Assembly (NCBI GenBank): GCA_039621445.1
Contig: CP154954.1
Location: forward strand, 11,898,716 to 11,962,715
DNA length: 64,000 bases
Origin: Euglena gracilis
Taxonomy: Eukaryota
Direction: 5' to 3'
Shown: piece by piece, positions 1 to 10,959 of the stretch
How positions within the stretch are numbered: position 1 is the stretch's first letter
How the letters are laid out: each line of letters begins with the position of its first letter
Notes under the pieces: model-generated
The model's input: the letters and a program-made list of their open reading frames with translations, nothing else
What the model was told of the DNA's origin: nothing
Database searches by the model: none
Program-made: the position numbers and the translations under genes

Positions 1-454
1 ATTTCTTAAGCTGGAGGGCACCTTCCCTGGGGGGTCCAGCCAGCCAGCAGCTCAAATCCAGCCAGCAGCCTAAATCGGGGCTGGGAGCCCCCCTCCCCCC
101 CCCCGGGTCAAGTTGGGTACAGGCCGGCCGGAGGCCAGCCAACTGGGCTGCCGAGCTCACCTATGACCTATGGACCAGGCATGAGTCAGCAAGTAGGCTG
201 TTCCTCGTCCCGATCCAGCCTTGATCCAGCTCCATAGGTTGATCTAGCTCCATCCATCAAGATGTCGAGAAGGCAAAAAATGTTTCAAAAAAATTTGTTT
301 TTCATCGACCTGGCCCAGCCCCCCCCCCCAGCCCCGGACCCCCATTCCCTCCCCCCCCCCCGTGGGGGGGGTCCAGGCAGCAGCTCATTTCCAGCCATCA
401 GCCTTTTTTCCAGCCAGAGGCTGGACCCCCCGGGGGGTCCTTAAGAAATCCCTT
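1..454. mobile_element. MITE-like element, left end cut by the window edge
   Basis: ATTTCTTAAG at 1-10 is the reverse complement of CTTAAGAAAT at 440-449; interior rich in CCAGCC motifs; non-coding. Confidence 0.45.
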
Positions 455-2175
455 GGTCCTCCCACCAGGCTTTCCCGCGGACCCCCTGAGTAAGGATATT
501 GAGAAGCTCTTCACCAGAGGCTGATGGTTGCCCCAGCATAGCTTCAAGACATCATCATCTCACAAATGCCAAAGCAGACGCGAAATGCTCTTTGCCCTGT
601 TTTTTTTCAATGACTTTTTTCCCGCCTGTGAACATAGATGGGATGTTCAGGAAAGGCAAAGAGGCCGTCATGTTGGGTATGAGACGCTTGTGACCCTGAA
701 GAAGCCCATTGTTTGCCCATCTTTCAGACCCAAAATCCTCCCCCCCCCCCGAAACTCAAAAATGGGGGTGCATTATTCAGACATCAGACCCATTTTTTGA
801 CATTTGGGTATTTTTTTTGGCCAAAAAGTGCATATCTCAAACATTTTGCACATTTCAGGATTTCATGATTTTCATTTTATTTGCCCGTTGCCACATGTTT
901 TGACTGCAAATTTGTTGAATTTTTGGGGCAGTTTGGGCTTGGTCCCAAAATGGCCCGAAATGGTCAAAGATACCTGAAAATGGCGGATCGGTGGCCTGAA
1001 ATGCCTTGCCAGGTGGGCCACCTGAACAGGACCAAAAATGCACATTTTCCGCATCTTTTTGACACATTTTTTCACACATTTTATTTTCAGTTTTAGCGCA
1101 CATTTTGCGATCCGGCCCACCAAATTTGTCTCCAAATTTGATTTTTTTCTTTGTGTATTTATTTCCAAGGGATTTATCAGGCGAGGTGGCCACACAGTTT
1201 TCTTGTCCAAAAGTAATCTGTTTGGCTGCAGTTGTTCAGTTGGTCAATTTCCTCTGTTCCACAAGAGCATTTCTTCATGCGTATAAAGTCAAACCAGCCC
1301 ATTTGTATTTTGGTGACCCATGTTGTCTGTAAATCAGACCCATCGATAGGATACAATTACGGAAGGAAAGGATAGGATTACACTTAGGATGACGGAACCG
1401 GAATGCAATCTTTTCTGTCCCTTGGCTCTCATTTTGCACGCGGCAAAAGTGGGAGTTCAGGGAACCCCCAGGAAGACTGGATCTCTCCTGGTATGCCTTC
1501 CTGTCTTCCTTCTCTTCTGACCCTCATTTGAAGTCCCAGAGCACCCATCCAGATACTTTCAAAATTTGCTAGTTTTATGATATCCGCATGTTTTTCACAC
1601 CCGATGTTTGTGTTTAAACAATGTGGTTTTCAACATGCAATTTGAAGAATTTAAACAAACTGCTCATTCAGCTCCCAGTCGCCCTGCTTCATCTTGTATG
1701 CTGTGTATTTATCCAGACAGCGACCTGGGCATAAGTGGGATCTTATCCAATGCTCAGCAGGAAATGAAGTCTGGACACAGGTGTTGTGCATCCACTCCAG
1801 GTGATTGCACTGGATCCAGGGGGGGGGGACGCAGATGCGTTTTTTTTGTGTTTTTTTTGTGTTTTTCAGTTTTCCGAAAAATTTGCGTTTTTTTTGCGAT
1901 TTTTTAACTTTTTTTGCATTCTTTGGCACTTTTTTGTGTGTTTTTTTTTCATTTTGCACCTCCAAGTGTGGTGTTCATTGCCCTGCTTACATTTCATTTG
2001 CCCTTGTTTGCCCACTATGCACCCACTATGCTATTTCAGAGATGCATTGTGGTTTCGTGGTACCTCATTGGAGTGAACCAACCGTTTGTGTCCTCCACAC
2101 AGCTGGGTCTTTGATACTTTCTCCCCAGTGCTGTGTGGAGGAATGAGCTATTTATGAGGGTTGTTCTTTGCTTTA

Positions 2176-2355
2176 CCTCCTCCCCCCCTTGTCATTGACA
2201 CGGCGTGTTGTTGACCCCCCCCGTGTCAACGACACTTTTCTGGAACACTACCTATTGAATCACAGTGACATTGACATGGCGTGTCGTTGACACCCCCCCC
2301 GTGTCAACGGCACTCTCTTGGAACATTGGCGTGCCAACGACAAGGGGGGGGGAGG
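2176..2355. mobile_element. Tc1/mariner (Stowaway-like) MITE, copy 1
   Basis: TIRs CCTCC(C)nTTGTC..GACAA(G)nAGG flanked by TA on both sides; near-identical copy at 4449-4632. Confidence 0.75.
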
Positions 2356-2586
2356 TAATGCAGGGACACCATGGATTCTGAACATGAATTTGATGCTCTG
2401 GTGTTGGCAACTGATGATGGAGCATCTGAAGTTGAAATGGATGTTGATGATCAAGATGCAAATGAAAGCCAAAACAAGAAACGCAACCAGGGCCGGGGAT
2501 TTTTCTCTTTGTTGGTGACATTAGGGTGAGTTGTGCTTGAACAAGTCTCAACCCGTGCCCAACGGATGCAGTTCTCATTCAACGGC

Positions 2587-2668
2587 ATATATATATATAT
2601 GTATATATATGTATATATATGTATATATATGTATATATATGTATATATGTATATATATGTATATATAT
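2587..2668. repeat. (TA)n/(TATATG)n microsatellite
   Basis: direct inspection. Confidence 0.95.
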
Positions 2669-3193
2669 GCGACCTCAACTCCTTCATTTATCATGCGTGC
2701 GTGGCTGTCAACCTCCCTTGGTGGTTTAAAAAAAGGTGATGGAGTTGAGGTCTTATTTGCAGGATTTGTCGATGGACAATTGCATCTTCACACCACGGGT
2801 TGAGAACTTGTTGATGTTCAACGGTGACATTGAAGGACAATTCCAGTCCGAACTCAACGTGTCACTCAACCCAAATGCGATTGTATTTCTACTCTTTTGT
2901 GCCTCGCAGCTCTGTTGAGGCCCATTTGACACCATATGCGTGTCATTTCAACACCATTGTCTTTCATGTTGTTACAAAGGTGAGGGAATCCTTTTTATCC
3001 CAGTTTGCGTTTTTTTGCGGGTTTTTTGCGGGTTTTTTTTCGTCGCGTTTTTTGAGGTGCCCTGTTGCGTCCCCCCCCCCCTGCTGGATCGGACCCAGCC
3101 AGCGCAAAAGAGCATGTTTGTTCAATCGACTGCAGTCATTTGAATGTGTTGGGATGGCTCCCGGCAAATGTGGAATCCTAAGTTTTGGTAATT

Positions 3194-3300
3194 GTAGCCT
3201 CCGAGGAGCCTCCGCGGTGGTTGGTTACCTTAGCCTCCGAGGAGGCTCCGCGGAGCCTGGTTACCTTGGAGCCTCCGAGGAGGCTCCTCGGAGGTAACCA
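3194..3300. repeat. Short palindromic-unit repeat/MITE (GCCTCCGAGGAGGCTCCGCGGAGCCTGGTTACCTT units)
   Basis: inverted ends CCTCCGAGGAGCC..GGCTCCTCGGAGG; same units recur at 4357-4742. Confidence 0.7.
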
Positions 3301-4098
3301 CTGTTGTACACAAGCCATGTCTGGTACAGCACCGCTTTTACCGTTTACCCGTTTACTGTATACGCTATGTCCACCAAACTTGTTGAAGATCAAAAGTCCA
3401 TTTGCAACAAAAACGCCATGTCCGCCTTATTTTGCTTCTACCGTTTACCCGTTTGCTATTTACGCCATGTCCGCCAAACTTTGTCCACACAAAGGGATGT
3501 TGTTATTGGGAAGCGGGGGGTGGGGGGTGGGGAGGTCCGGGGGGGGGGAGGGGGGCGCGGGGCAGGGTGCCGCAGGCCCCCTCCCCCCCCCCCGCCCCCC
3601 TCCCCCCCGGACACAGCCAAATGGACACCACTTTGAGTTTCACATGAAACTTTTTGCAACATCACATCCATGCTGACGTGCAGTTTGCCTACCACCCTCA
3701 CCCCTCCCCCACGTGACTGTTTGTTCGCCTGAGGATTAAAAGTTGCGGCGAATCCCAGCGGGATCACAATCTCAGGCACAATTCTGGCGTCTGGATAATG
3801 CAGGTAAAGTCCTGGCTGAATAAATTCATTTTCTGTTTTTGTTTATGTTCTATGTTGCCTCCCAAAGTCTGTTAATTTTTGTTACGCCTGTGAGTGTGTA
3901 AATTAGTCCATGCGTTAGTCCGTGAATTATTCTTCCCCAGGGACTTTGAGTGATAACATACAGTTTAAAACGAAACCGAAAATGGCTTTATTCAGCCAGA
4001 ATTTCACCAAAATTAACCAGAGGCCAGAATTGTATGTAAAATTGTCATCCCGCTGGGAACATACAACTGAACGGGATTTTATTTTTTTGGTTTTTTTC

Positions 4099-4307
4099 TG
4101 TGTTATAAAGAGAAACATTATTCAATGTCAAACACGGCAACTGCACCCAGTGGCAGCTTCCGAACCTGTCAGAACGTGAAACTTTTTTGCATCCTCTGTG
4201 CAAATGGGCAGAAAATGGACAGGTTCTGACAGGTTCGGAAGAGCATGATCTGCCACTGAGTGCAGTCGCCATGTTTGACATTGAATAATGTTTCTCTTTA
4301 TAACACA
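4099..4307. repeat. Foldback element with ~80-bp inverted arms
   Basis: TGTGTTATAAAGAGAAACATTATTCAATGTCAAACA.. at 4099 mirrors ..TGTTTGACATTGAATAATGTTTCTCTTTATAACACA ending 4307. Confidence 0.85.
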
Positions 4308-4356
4308 AAAAAACAAATTCCCGTTCCCACCATGTTCACAACATGCCCTGGCAAAA

Positions 4357-4742
4357 CTGGTTACCTTAGCTGAGGAGGCTCCTCGGAGCCTGGTTACCTT
4401 GGAGCCTCCGCGGAGCCTGGTTACCTTAGCCTCCGCGGAGCCTGGTTACCTCCCCCCCCCCTGTCGTTGACACGGCGTGTCGTTGACACCCCCCCCCGTG
4501 TCAGCAACACTTGTCTGTAACACTACCTATTGAATCACAGTGACATTGGCATGGCGTGTCGTTGACACCCCCCCCCCCGTGTCAACGGCACTCTCCTGGA
4601 ACATTGGCGTGCCAACGACAAGGGGGGGGAGGTACCTTAGCCTCCGAGGAGGCTCCGCGAGCCTGGTTACCTTGAGCCTCCGCGGAGGCTGGTTACCTTG
4701 AGCCTCCGAGGAGGCTCCACGGAGGCTCCTCGGAGGCAACCA
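4357..4742. repeat. Second array of GGAGCCTGGTTACCTT palindromic units, interrupted by a MITE
   Basis: same units as 3194-3300. Confidence 0.7.
4449..4632. mobile_element. Tc1/mariner-type MITE, copy 2
   Basis: TA duplicated at 4447-4448 and 4633-4634; removal restores the host unit GGTTACCTTAGCC. Confidence 0.85.
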
Positions 4743-5399
4743 AAAAGTTAGGATTCCTCTTTTGCGGTAGACCCTGTGGGATGGTTTGTGCATTTTTTTT
4801 GCTCAGCCCAGTATTGATATGGTGTGGCCCGCCTATCTCATGCCTTGATTCACATGAGATCAAGGAGAATCTCAGTCCCTCCTTCATATTCCATAGATGC
4901 CCGCCAGGCTTCATTATTTCATTGCCAAAGTTGCACATTAGATGGGGTCATCATCATTGAGGATTTACAAATTACCCCCTCCCCCCCCCCACCCCACTCA
5001 ACCCAACGCCCAACCCTGAATACCGCCCCCCCCCCCCGACTGCCGATCACCCCTCCCCCCCGGTTGGGCAGGGATGGATGGCCTTCGGTATTGAGGTAGG
5101 TGGTAGAGGGGGGTCCCGACCACCCCCCCCCCCTAGGTGTTGGGAGGGGGGTCTGGACCCCCCCCTCCTGCCAAAAATAGCAGAAAATGAGCAGAAACCC
5201 CCCTTTTGCTGACTTTTTGGACATATTACCCATTTTTTGATGTGTTGGTGTTTTATCCCCCAAAAAAGTTCAAAAAATTCAAAAAATGAGCATTTTTGGA
5301 TTGATTTTCAAAGAAAAACCAGGGTTTTCACCGATTTCCGGCCCTTTGCCCGTCCATGAAATCGAAAATTTTCGGCCCCCCCCCCTCAGTTTCGAGGTA

Positions 5400-5606
5400 C
5401 CCCCCCCCCTAGTCGTATGACCACCCCTCATTCATGACCACCCCCCGGTCACAGGTTGCAGGTTGCGAAAAATTTAACACCACTTTACCTATGACCGCCA
5501 CCTCATTTATGACCACCCCCCGGTCACAGGTTGCAGGTTATGGGGGTGCTATGACCCCCCCCCGGTCACAAGTTGCAGGAACCCGGTCATACGACTAGGG
5601 GGGGGG
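5400..5606. mobile_element. MITE with TA TSD and internal ATGACC..CCGGTCACAGGTTGCAGG repeats
   Basis: TIR (C)nTAGTCGTATGACC / GGTCATACGACTA(G)n; TA at 5398-5399 and 5607-5608. Confidence 0.8.
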
Positions 5607-6844
5607 TAGGAGGGGGGTCCGCCCCCCCCCCCCGTGTGAGGAGGGGGAGTCCGACCCCCCCCCCCCCCCAAGGCCTCCCATCCAACCCTGCGGTTGGGGG
5701 TTGTAGTTCAGGGGGTGGTGCGACCCGAACCCGCCCCTCAGGGCAGAACGGGAATCAGTCAAACAGTGGTGGGTGGGGGGGGTCGACCCCCCTCCACCTC
5801 TTCCCATTTTTCAGGTGCGCCGAGCCCCCCCCCCCCCCCCCCGGGGGGGGGGTCCCCCGGGACCCCCCCCCCGGGAGGGGGTCCCCCGGAGGGGGGAGGG
5901 ATATACTTTTCGGCGCCGCAGGCGCCGAAAAATTCTATTTTTAGCACTTTTCGCGATTTTTCGCCACATTTTTTTTTGTGGGTCCCCCGGGACCCCCCCC
6001 GGGGGGGCCCCCCAGGGGGTGGGGGGACCCCTCCCCCCCCGGTCTTAAAAAAAAACCCCTGTTTGGGACCATGTTGGAGAACCCCAAACCCTTTTTTTTT
6101 AAAACAATTCCAAATTTTGAACACGTTTTGATTTTGAGAGGTTTTTGAGGCAAAAAAATTGTCAGAGAAAATGTCAGTAAAAGTTGACTGTGCCAAAATT
6201 TGGTCCATTTTTGTCCAACCAAATTTGGTCTATATGATGGTCTGCCTGCATTTTTTTCACTCCCCTCCTGAAAACCGCCAAGCCCCATATCCTGTGAAAA
6301 AAGTGGTTTTCTATCAAAAAAATTATGTATTGGGGTCATTTTTCAAAAAAAATTTCAAAGAATTTCCTCTGCCAAGACCCCAATTTTCCCAAAATTCAGC
6401 AGAGCCTGGATGCCATTGCAACCCAGGGGACATGGCCAAAAGCACCTGGGCACTCGACCGAGGCATTTCCTTTTGAGGCAGTGCCCAGGTTGAGCAGTTG
6501 AGGCCACCTGCCCAACTGCAGGCTCCAACCGCCCCCCCCCCCGTTCCATCGGCTGACCAAGTTGGGAGAATCCCTGAATGAGGCCTGACCAAAGAGTTGC
6601 AGTTATTTCATAACCATTGGTTGTGCCATCACTGTGGAATCAGCGAGAACAGCGTTGCCGAATGTCCGCCGCTGTTCACCCTCCAGCTTTGCAAAATTTT
6701 GCCATCGGCAGAAAAGTTTCAAGGTTCCGAACACATAATCACTCAGTCACTGGCCGATCCCCCCCCCTGGTGGCTGGCTTGTTTTTTTTTGCTTCTTACT
6801 GCTTTTTGCTGCCTGAGTTGGCGGATATTGACGTCCTTTCAAGG

Positions 6845-7800
6845 ATGAAGGCATATTTAACAATTTGTGGAGAGAGCTATTTTCTCAACGCGGGCAGCCT
6901 GGCGAAACTATTGGCAGAATCGTCCCCGGAATCCCTCGTCGCCGTCATCGCGGCCGGGCAAAACTGGCTGGGAGGCGGATGGCACACGAGCTAACACAGG
7001 TGGCGATGGTCTCCAGCCAATTCGGAGACTACGGGAATTCGTTCTTTCACTCCGTGGTATTAGCAGGAAGTGTGGAAGTACCACGTGGCGTTCAACTTGG
7101 CTGAAGAGAAGAGTTCGACGACAGACAAGGAGATGACGAAGAGAGCAGAGCGGTCGGCGACGCAGAAGGACCGGGAAAACGAGGAAGACAGCGACGAGGC
7201 GGACGAACGGTTCCCCTGGCAGGAGGAGCTGGCGCCACTGGCGCCAGAGCTGGCAGCGTGCCTTCGGTACGCCGAAAAAAGGAGATCGCCTACCGTGTAT
7301 CAGGGATAAAATTAAGAGCGGAAGAAAATTATCATGGTTCAGATGGAAAAGGGACTTGGGGTAAGCGGCCGAAGGCATGGCTGAAAAAGATGTTGGGTAG
7401 TGGCATGCCTGTATGGAAGTGTGGAGGCAGGTTATCAAGTATTGGCACAACAACTGTTTTTTGATTTAGCAGAGCTGGAGCGGACGGTGCTGAAGGAGAG
7501 AAAGAAGTGCAGTATTACAGTGGCAATCCCAAGTACAAACAACGGGCTGTTGTCCAAAGAAGATTTCGCAGTTTACAAAGCCCAATGGGCTCTGAATCAA
7601 GCAGGCTTAGAACCAGCCTTCTCCAGACATTCTATGTCTCACTTTTCCATTCCCACAGGGAACAAAGGATTTAAGTTCAAGTTCGGGCAAAGGCAAAGGC
7701 TATGCCAGCCAATTCAAGTCTGGGAGAGGAAAGGGCTATGGCAGCCAGTGAGACTAGGGTGGTCCAAAGGGTCTTAATCATCTCTGGAATCCTCTCTCTG
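6845..7800 (+). pseudogene. Probable gag-like ORF1 remnant of a DIRS1-like retrotransposon
   Basis: fragmented helical ORFs (6617-6994, 7070-7309, 7400-7777) directly upstream of a DIRS-type RT; assigned by position only. Confidence 0.45.
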
Positions 7801-7946
7801 CCCACCCTTTTCCTCAGGAAAGGCAAGGGGACGGCCTGAAGCATAAAAAAGAAGCATCAAGAGGGGGTGAAACCAACAAAGTCAAGCACAGAAGGAGTCA
7901 GCGCTTACAGGCCTCAGGTGCTCATGATGGGCCAGCCAGAACCAAG

Positions 7947-8930
7947 ATGGGGTGGGGAGAGACCCCCGAGCTGAGCTCCAAGGAGGAGGTAATCCCCCTG
8001 CTGACCCCTGCCCTGAGGCCATCACCAGTCTCTCAAGGGCTCCTGGAACCAGGGACCTGGCTCACACCAACCTGCCCCCCAGAGGAATGGGAGAAAGGCA
8101 TCCTTCAAGGGTTGGATTTCAGAGAAAGGGCATGGCTGGGGGTGCCATCGTTTCAGAGACTGAGAAAATGTCTGCCATGGTGGCAGAAAAATGCAAGCCA
8201 GTGGGTAGTATCACCAATTCAAAATGGTGTGCAGCCAGACCACCCTCTACCCCAGTTTCTGTCAAAAAGACAGCAGCAAAAGTCAGAGCAGGAAATTAGC
8301 CTGGCCTCAAAAATCCTGAGGGAGTACCAAGAAAAAGGGGCAACCAAAAATTGGAAATGGCCACAGACACTTCCCACCTAGTACCCTGGATTGTGTTGAG
8401 CAAACCAGAAGGGGAGGGGGTCAAGCATCGACTTGTCACAGATTGTCGAGATCTAAATCAATTTTGTTTTCCAGAAAAGTTCACTTTGGAAAACATGTCC
8501 ACCATTTTTCCCTCTCTAAAAAAAAGAGGACTGGGCAGTCAAAATAGACCTGAAAGATGCCTACTTTCATCTGGGTCTGGAAAACGAGTTTTTTTTCAAA
8601 AAATTTGTCAGAATTCAGGTGGGACCAGACCTGTGGGAGTTTCAGGGGGCCTGTTTTGGCCTAAGCACCCTACCAAAATTGTTCATGTCCCTAATGAAAG
8701 TCCTGCTAAAAACTGTCGCGATCAAAGGGATTGCAGGTGTTCGTCTATTTGGACGACATCATTCTGTTTTGTTCAACAGAAAATTAGGTGAAAAAGCATT
8801 TGTTGACAATGCTGAACACATTAGGGGAGGCTGGGTTCAAAGTCAGCGAGAAAAAGTCTGTGTTTACTCCCTGCCAAAGGCTGCCACATTTGGGATTCAT
8901 CATCGATCGGGAAAAAGGTGCCTTTTTCCA
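7947..8930 (+). pseudogene. DIRS1/Ngaro-type reverse transcriptase, frameshifted and 3'-truncated
   Basis: RLRKCLPWWQKNASQWVV..IQNG, HRLVTDCRDLNQF, KIDLKDAYFH, GACFGLSTLPKLF, VYLDD, EKKSVFTPCQRLPHLGFIID across three frames. Confidence 0.8.
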
Positions 8931-9412
8931 AATGAAGCAAAACGCCCCCACCTGCCCGGTCCCGTTCCAATTCCCCAAAGCCCAGACCACCATCTCCGGA
9001 AAAGGAAAGGCAGCCTTCGGGTGCCCCACAACCCCAGACTCCAGCCCCCTACAATCAGGGACAGAGTCAAAATCTGGGCCCAAACTGGGCAGGCTGGACC
9101 ACTGTGGATTACAGCAAGGGGAAAGGAAAAGGCAAGGGACAGGGTTCACATCCTGACCAAGGCAAGGGAAAATGGTCTGGGAAGGGGAGCGGGAAGGGAA
9201 ATACAGGAAAAGGACAACCGTTCTGGCAGTGAACACAGAACTCCGGGACAGCCGTACAGCCCAGATACGAGCCACCTCCAGATGAAGCACGGTGTTACAA
9301 CTGTGAACAGCCGGGACATTTCAAACGAGAGTGTCCACAGCCACCGCGGTGGACACAGAAAACGGCAGCACCACAGACTGGACAGCAGGTTGCTGCCCAG
9401 GGGCAGAAGTGA
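8930..9412 (+). pseudogene. gag: Element E gag C-terminus: GKG-rich tract and zinc knuckle
   Basis: GKGKGKGQG..; CYNCEQPGHFKREC (CX2CX4HX4C) at 9293-9334. Confidence 0.8.
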
Positions 9413-9668
9413 AGCAGCTGCGGTAAGGAGGGAGGGGACGAGAGGGGCGTCTCCCTGATTTAACAAACCGAACAGAGGGACAGAAAGGAGCCATTACCGC
9501 AGCAGAAACAGAGAATGGAGGGAGGTTAGGGAGCCAAGGGTTCAGCCCAGAAAGCACAAACCAGACAAAGACAAAACACAAAGACTCAGGTGCCACCGGA
9601 GGAGGCTTGCTGCAGGTTTGGGCGGGCAGCCTCCCGTTGGATCACCAACCAGTACTAAAAATATCTCA

Positions 9669-10030
9669 CATTTCGGTTTGCAACCACAGGTGGACGTCTT
9701 CGCCACAGAACAGGACAAGCGGTTCGCGCGTTGGTGGTGACCAGGCAGCCCACACGGCACAGATGCCTAACAATAAAATTGGCAGGGCAGCCTCCTGTGG
9801 ATCAACCCCCCGTTCGACAAAATCCCAGAGGTGATCAAAAAAATTCAAACAAACCAGGCCCGCGCGGTTTTGGTGGTGTTTCAGTGGAAGCACCGAGTTT
9901 GGTACCCACATGCCAAAAAACTGGCTATCATGTCCATGACTTCCCCCTCAAAAACCAAAATTTTTGGCATGGTCGACAAGGGTTGCAGGAAAACACAGTG
10001 GCCGGTGGAGGTGCTGCTGGTGTTTGGGCA
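9669..10030 (+). pseudogene. Element E DIRS/Dam-like N6-adenine (amino) DNA methyltransferase domain with in-frame stops
   Basis: VDVFATEQDKRF..DA..W...LWINPPF (NPPF 9804-9815) ..VIKKI....ARAVLVV.QW....WY. Confidence 0.8.
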
Positions 10031-10227
10031 CACTGAACGCTGTGATTACCTGACGGGCTTCCAGCAGCACATGACCCTCCCACAGCCAACGTTCAAGGTC
10101 AACTTCGGGACAGTGCAACGTTTTCCACATTTGGAGACAGGGGAGGGGGTGATGAGCACCAGCCACTGGGAAAAACATACCTGCCCGGGAAAAACGTTCC
10201 GTCCGATCAGCAGAACAGAAACTGAAA

Positions 10228-10820
10228 ATGCTGGTCCTTTTCTGTGGTACCAAGTCGGTGGGCCAAGCATACAAAAAGATGGGGTGTCAGGAGGTTGCAG
10301 TGGACCTGGACCCCAAGTGGCAGGCAGATTTTCAGGTGGATGTCTTGACGTGGGACTACAAGAAAGTTCTGAAACCTGGGGAATTCCACACGGTGGTCTG
10401 TGGGGTTCCCTGCACGGAATTCAGCCTGGCACTCACAACCAGACCAAGACAACTGGGGAAAGGGGACGCATTGGCCAAAAAGGCGCTGGAGATCGTGAAG
10501 TTTCTGCGACCGCAGAAATGGTGGCCTGAAAATCCCAGACATGGGTACCTCAGACACAGGGAGTACATGTAACCGTATCAATTTGTGGATGTGGAGTATT
10601 GTCAGTACTCCGACTGGGGGTACAAAAGCCCAACACGAATCTGGGGCAGCAAAAATATCCTGCAAGTGCAGGGAAAGCTGTGTGACAGGAGAACATGTCC
10701 CAACCTGATCCCAGGGCAGAAGGGTCACCGGGTGAAAATCTCCAACACGACCAGTATTTCCAGAAACAAAAAGTATCGAATTCCAGAAAAACTGATCCAA
10801 GATTTTGCTGGTTGGAAAGA
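10228..10820 (+). pseudogene. Element E C5-cytosine DNA methyltransferase domain (one in-frame stop)
   Basis: motif I LFCGTKS, II VDLD, IV GVPCTEFS, VI ENP, VIII region YCQYSDWGYKSPTRIW; clearly homologous to the A/B domain. Confidence 0.85.
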
Positions 10821-10959
10821 TGAACAAAACACACTGGAGCCTGCGGCACAGCAAAAATCCACGCAGGCACAATGAAAACGTTCACCTGCCAAAACGGTTG
10901 CTTGGGCCAGCATCGGAACGACTGTTGAGACAGGTGGTGAAACGGGGGAAGTCCAAGCA

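Noticed and set aside
2451-2803. YI/YM-repeat ORFs
   Set aside because: Translation of the TA-rich microsatellite
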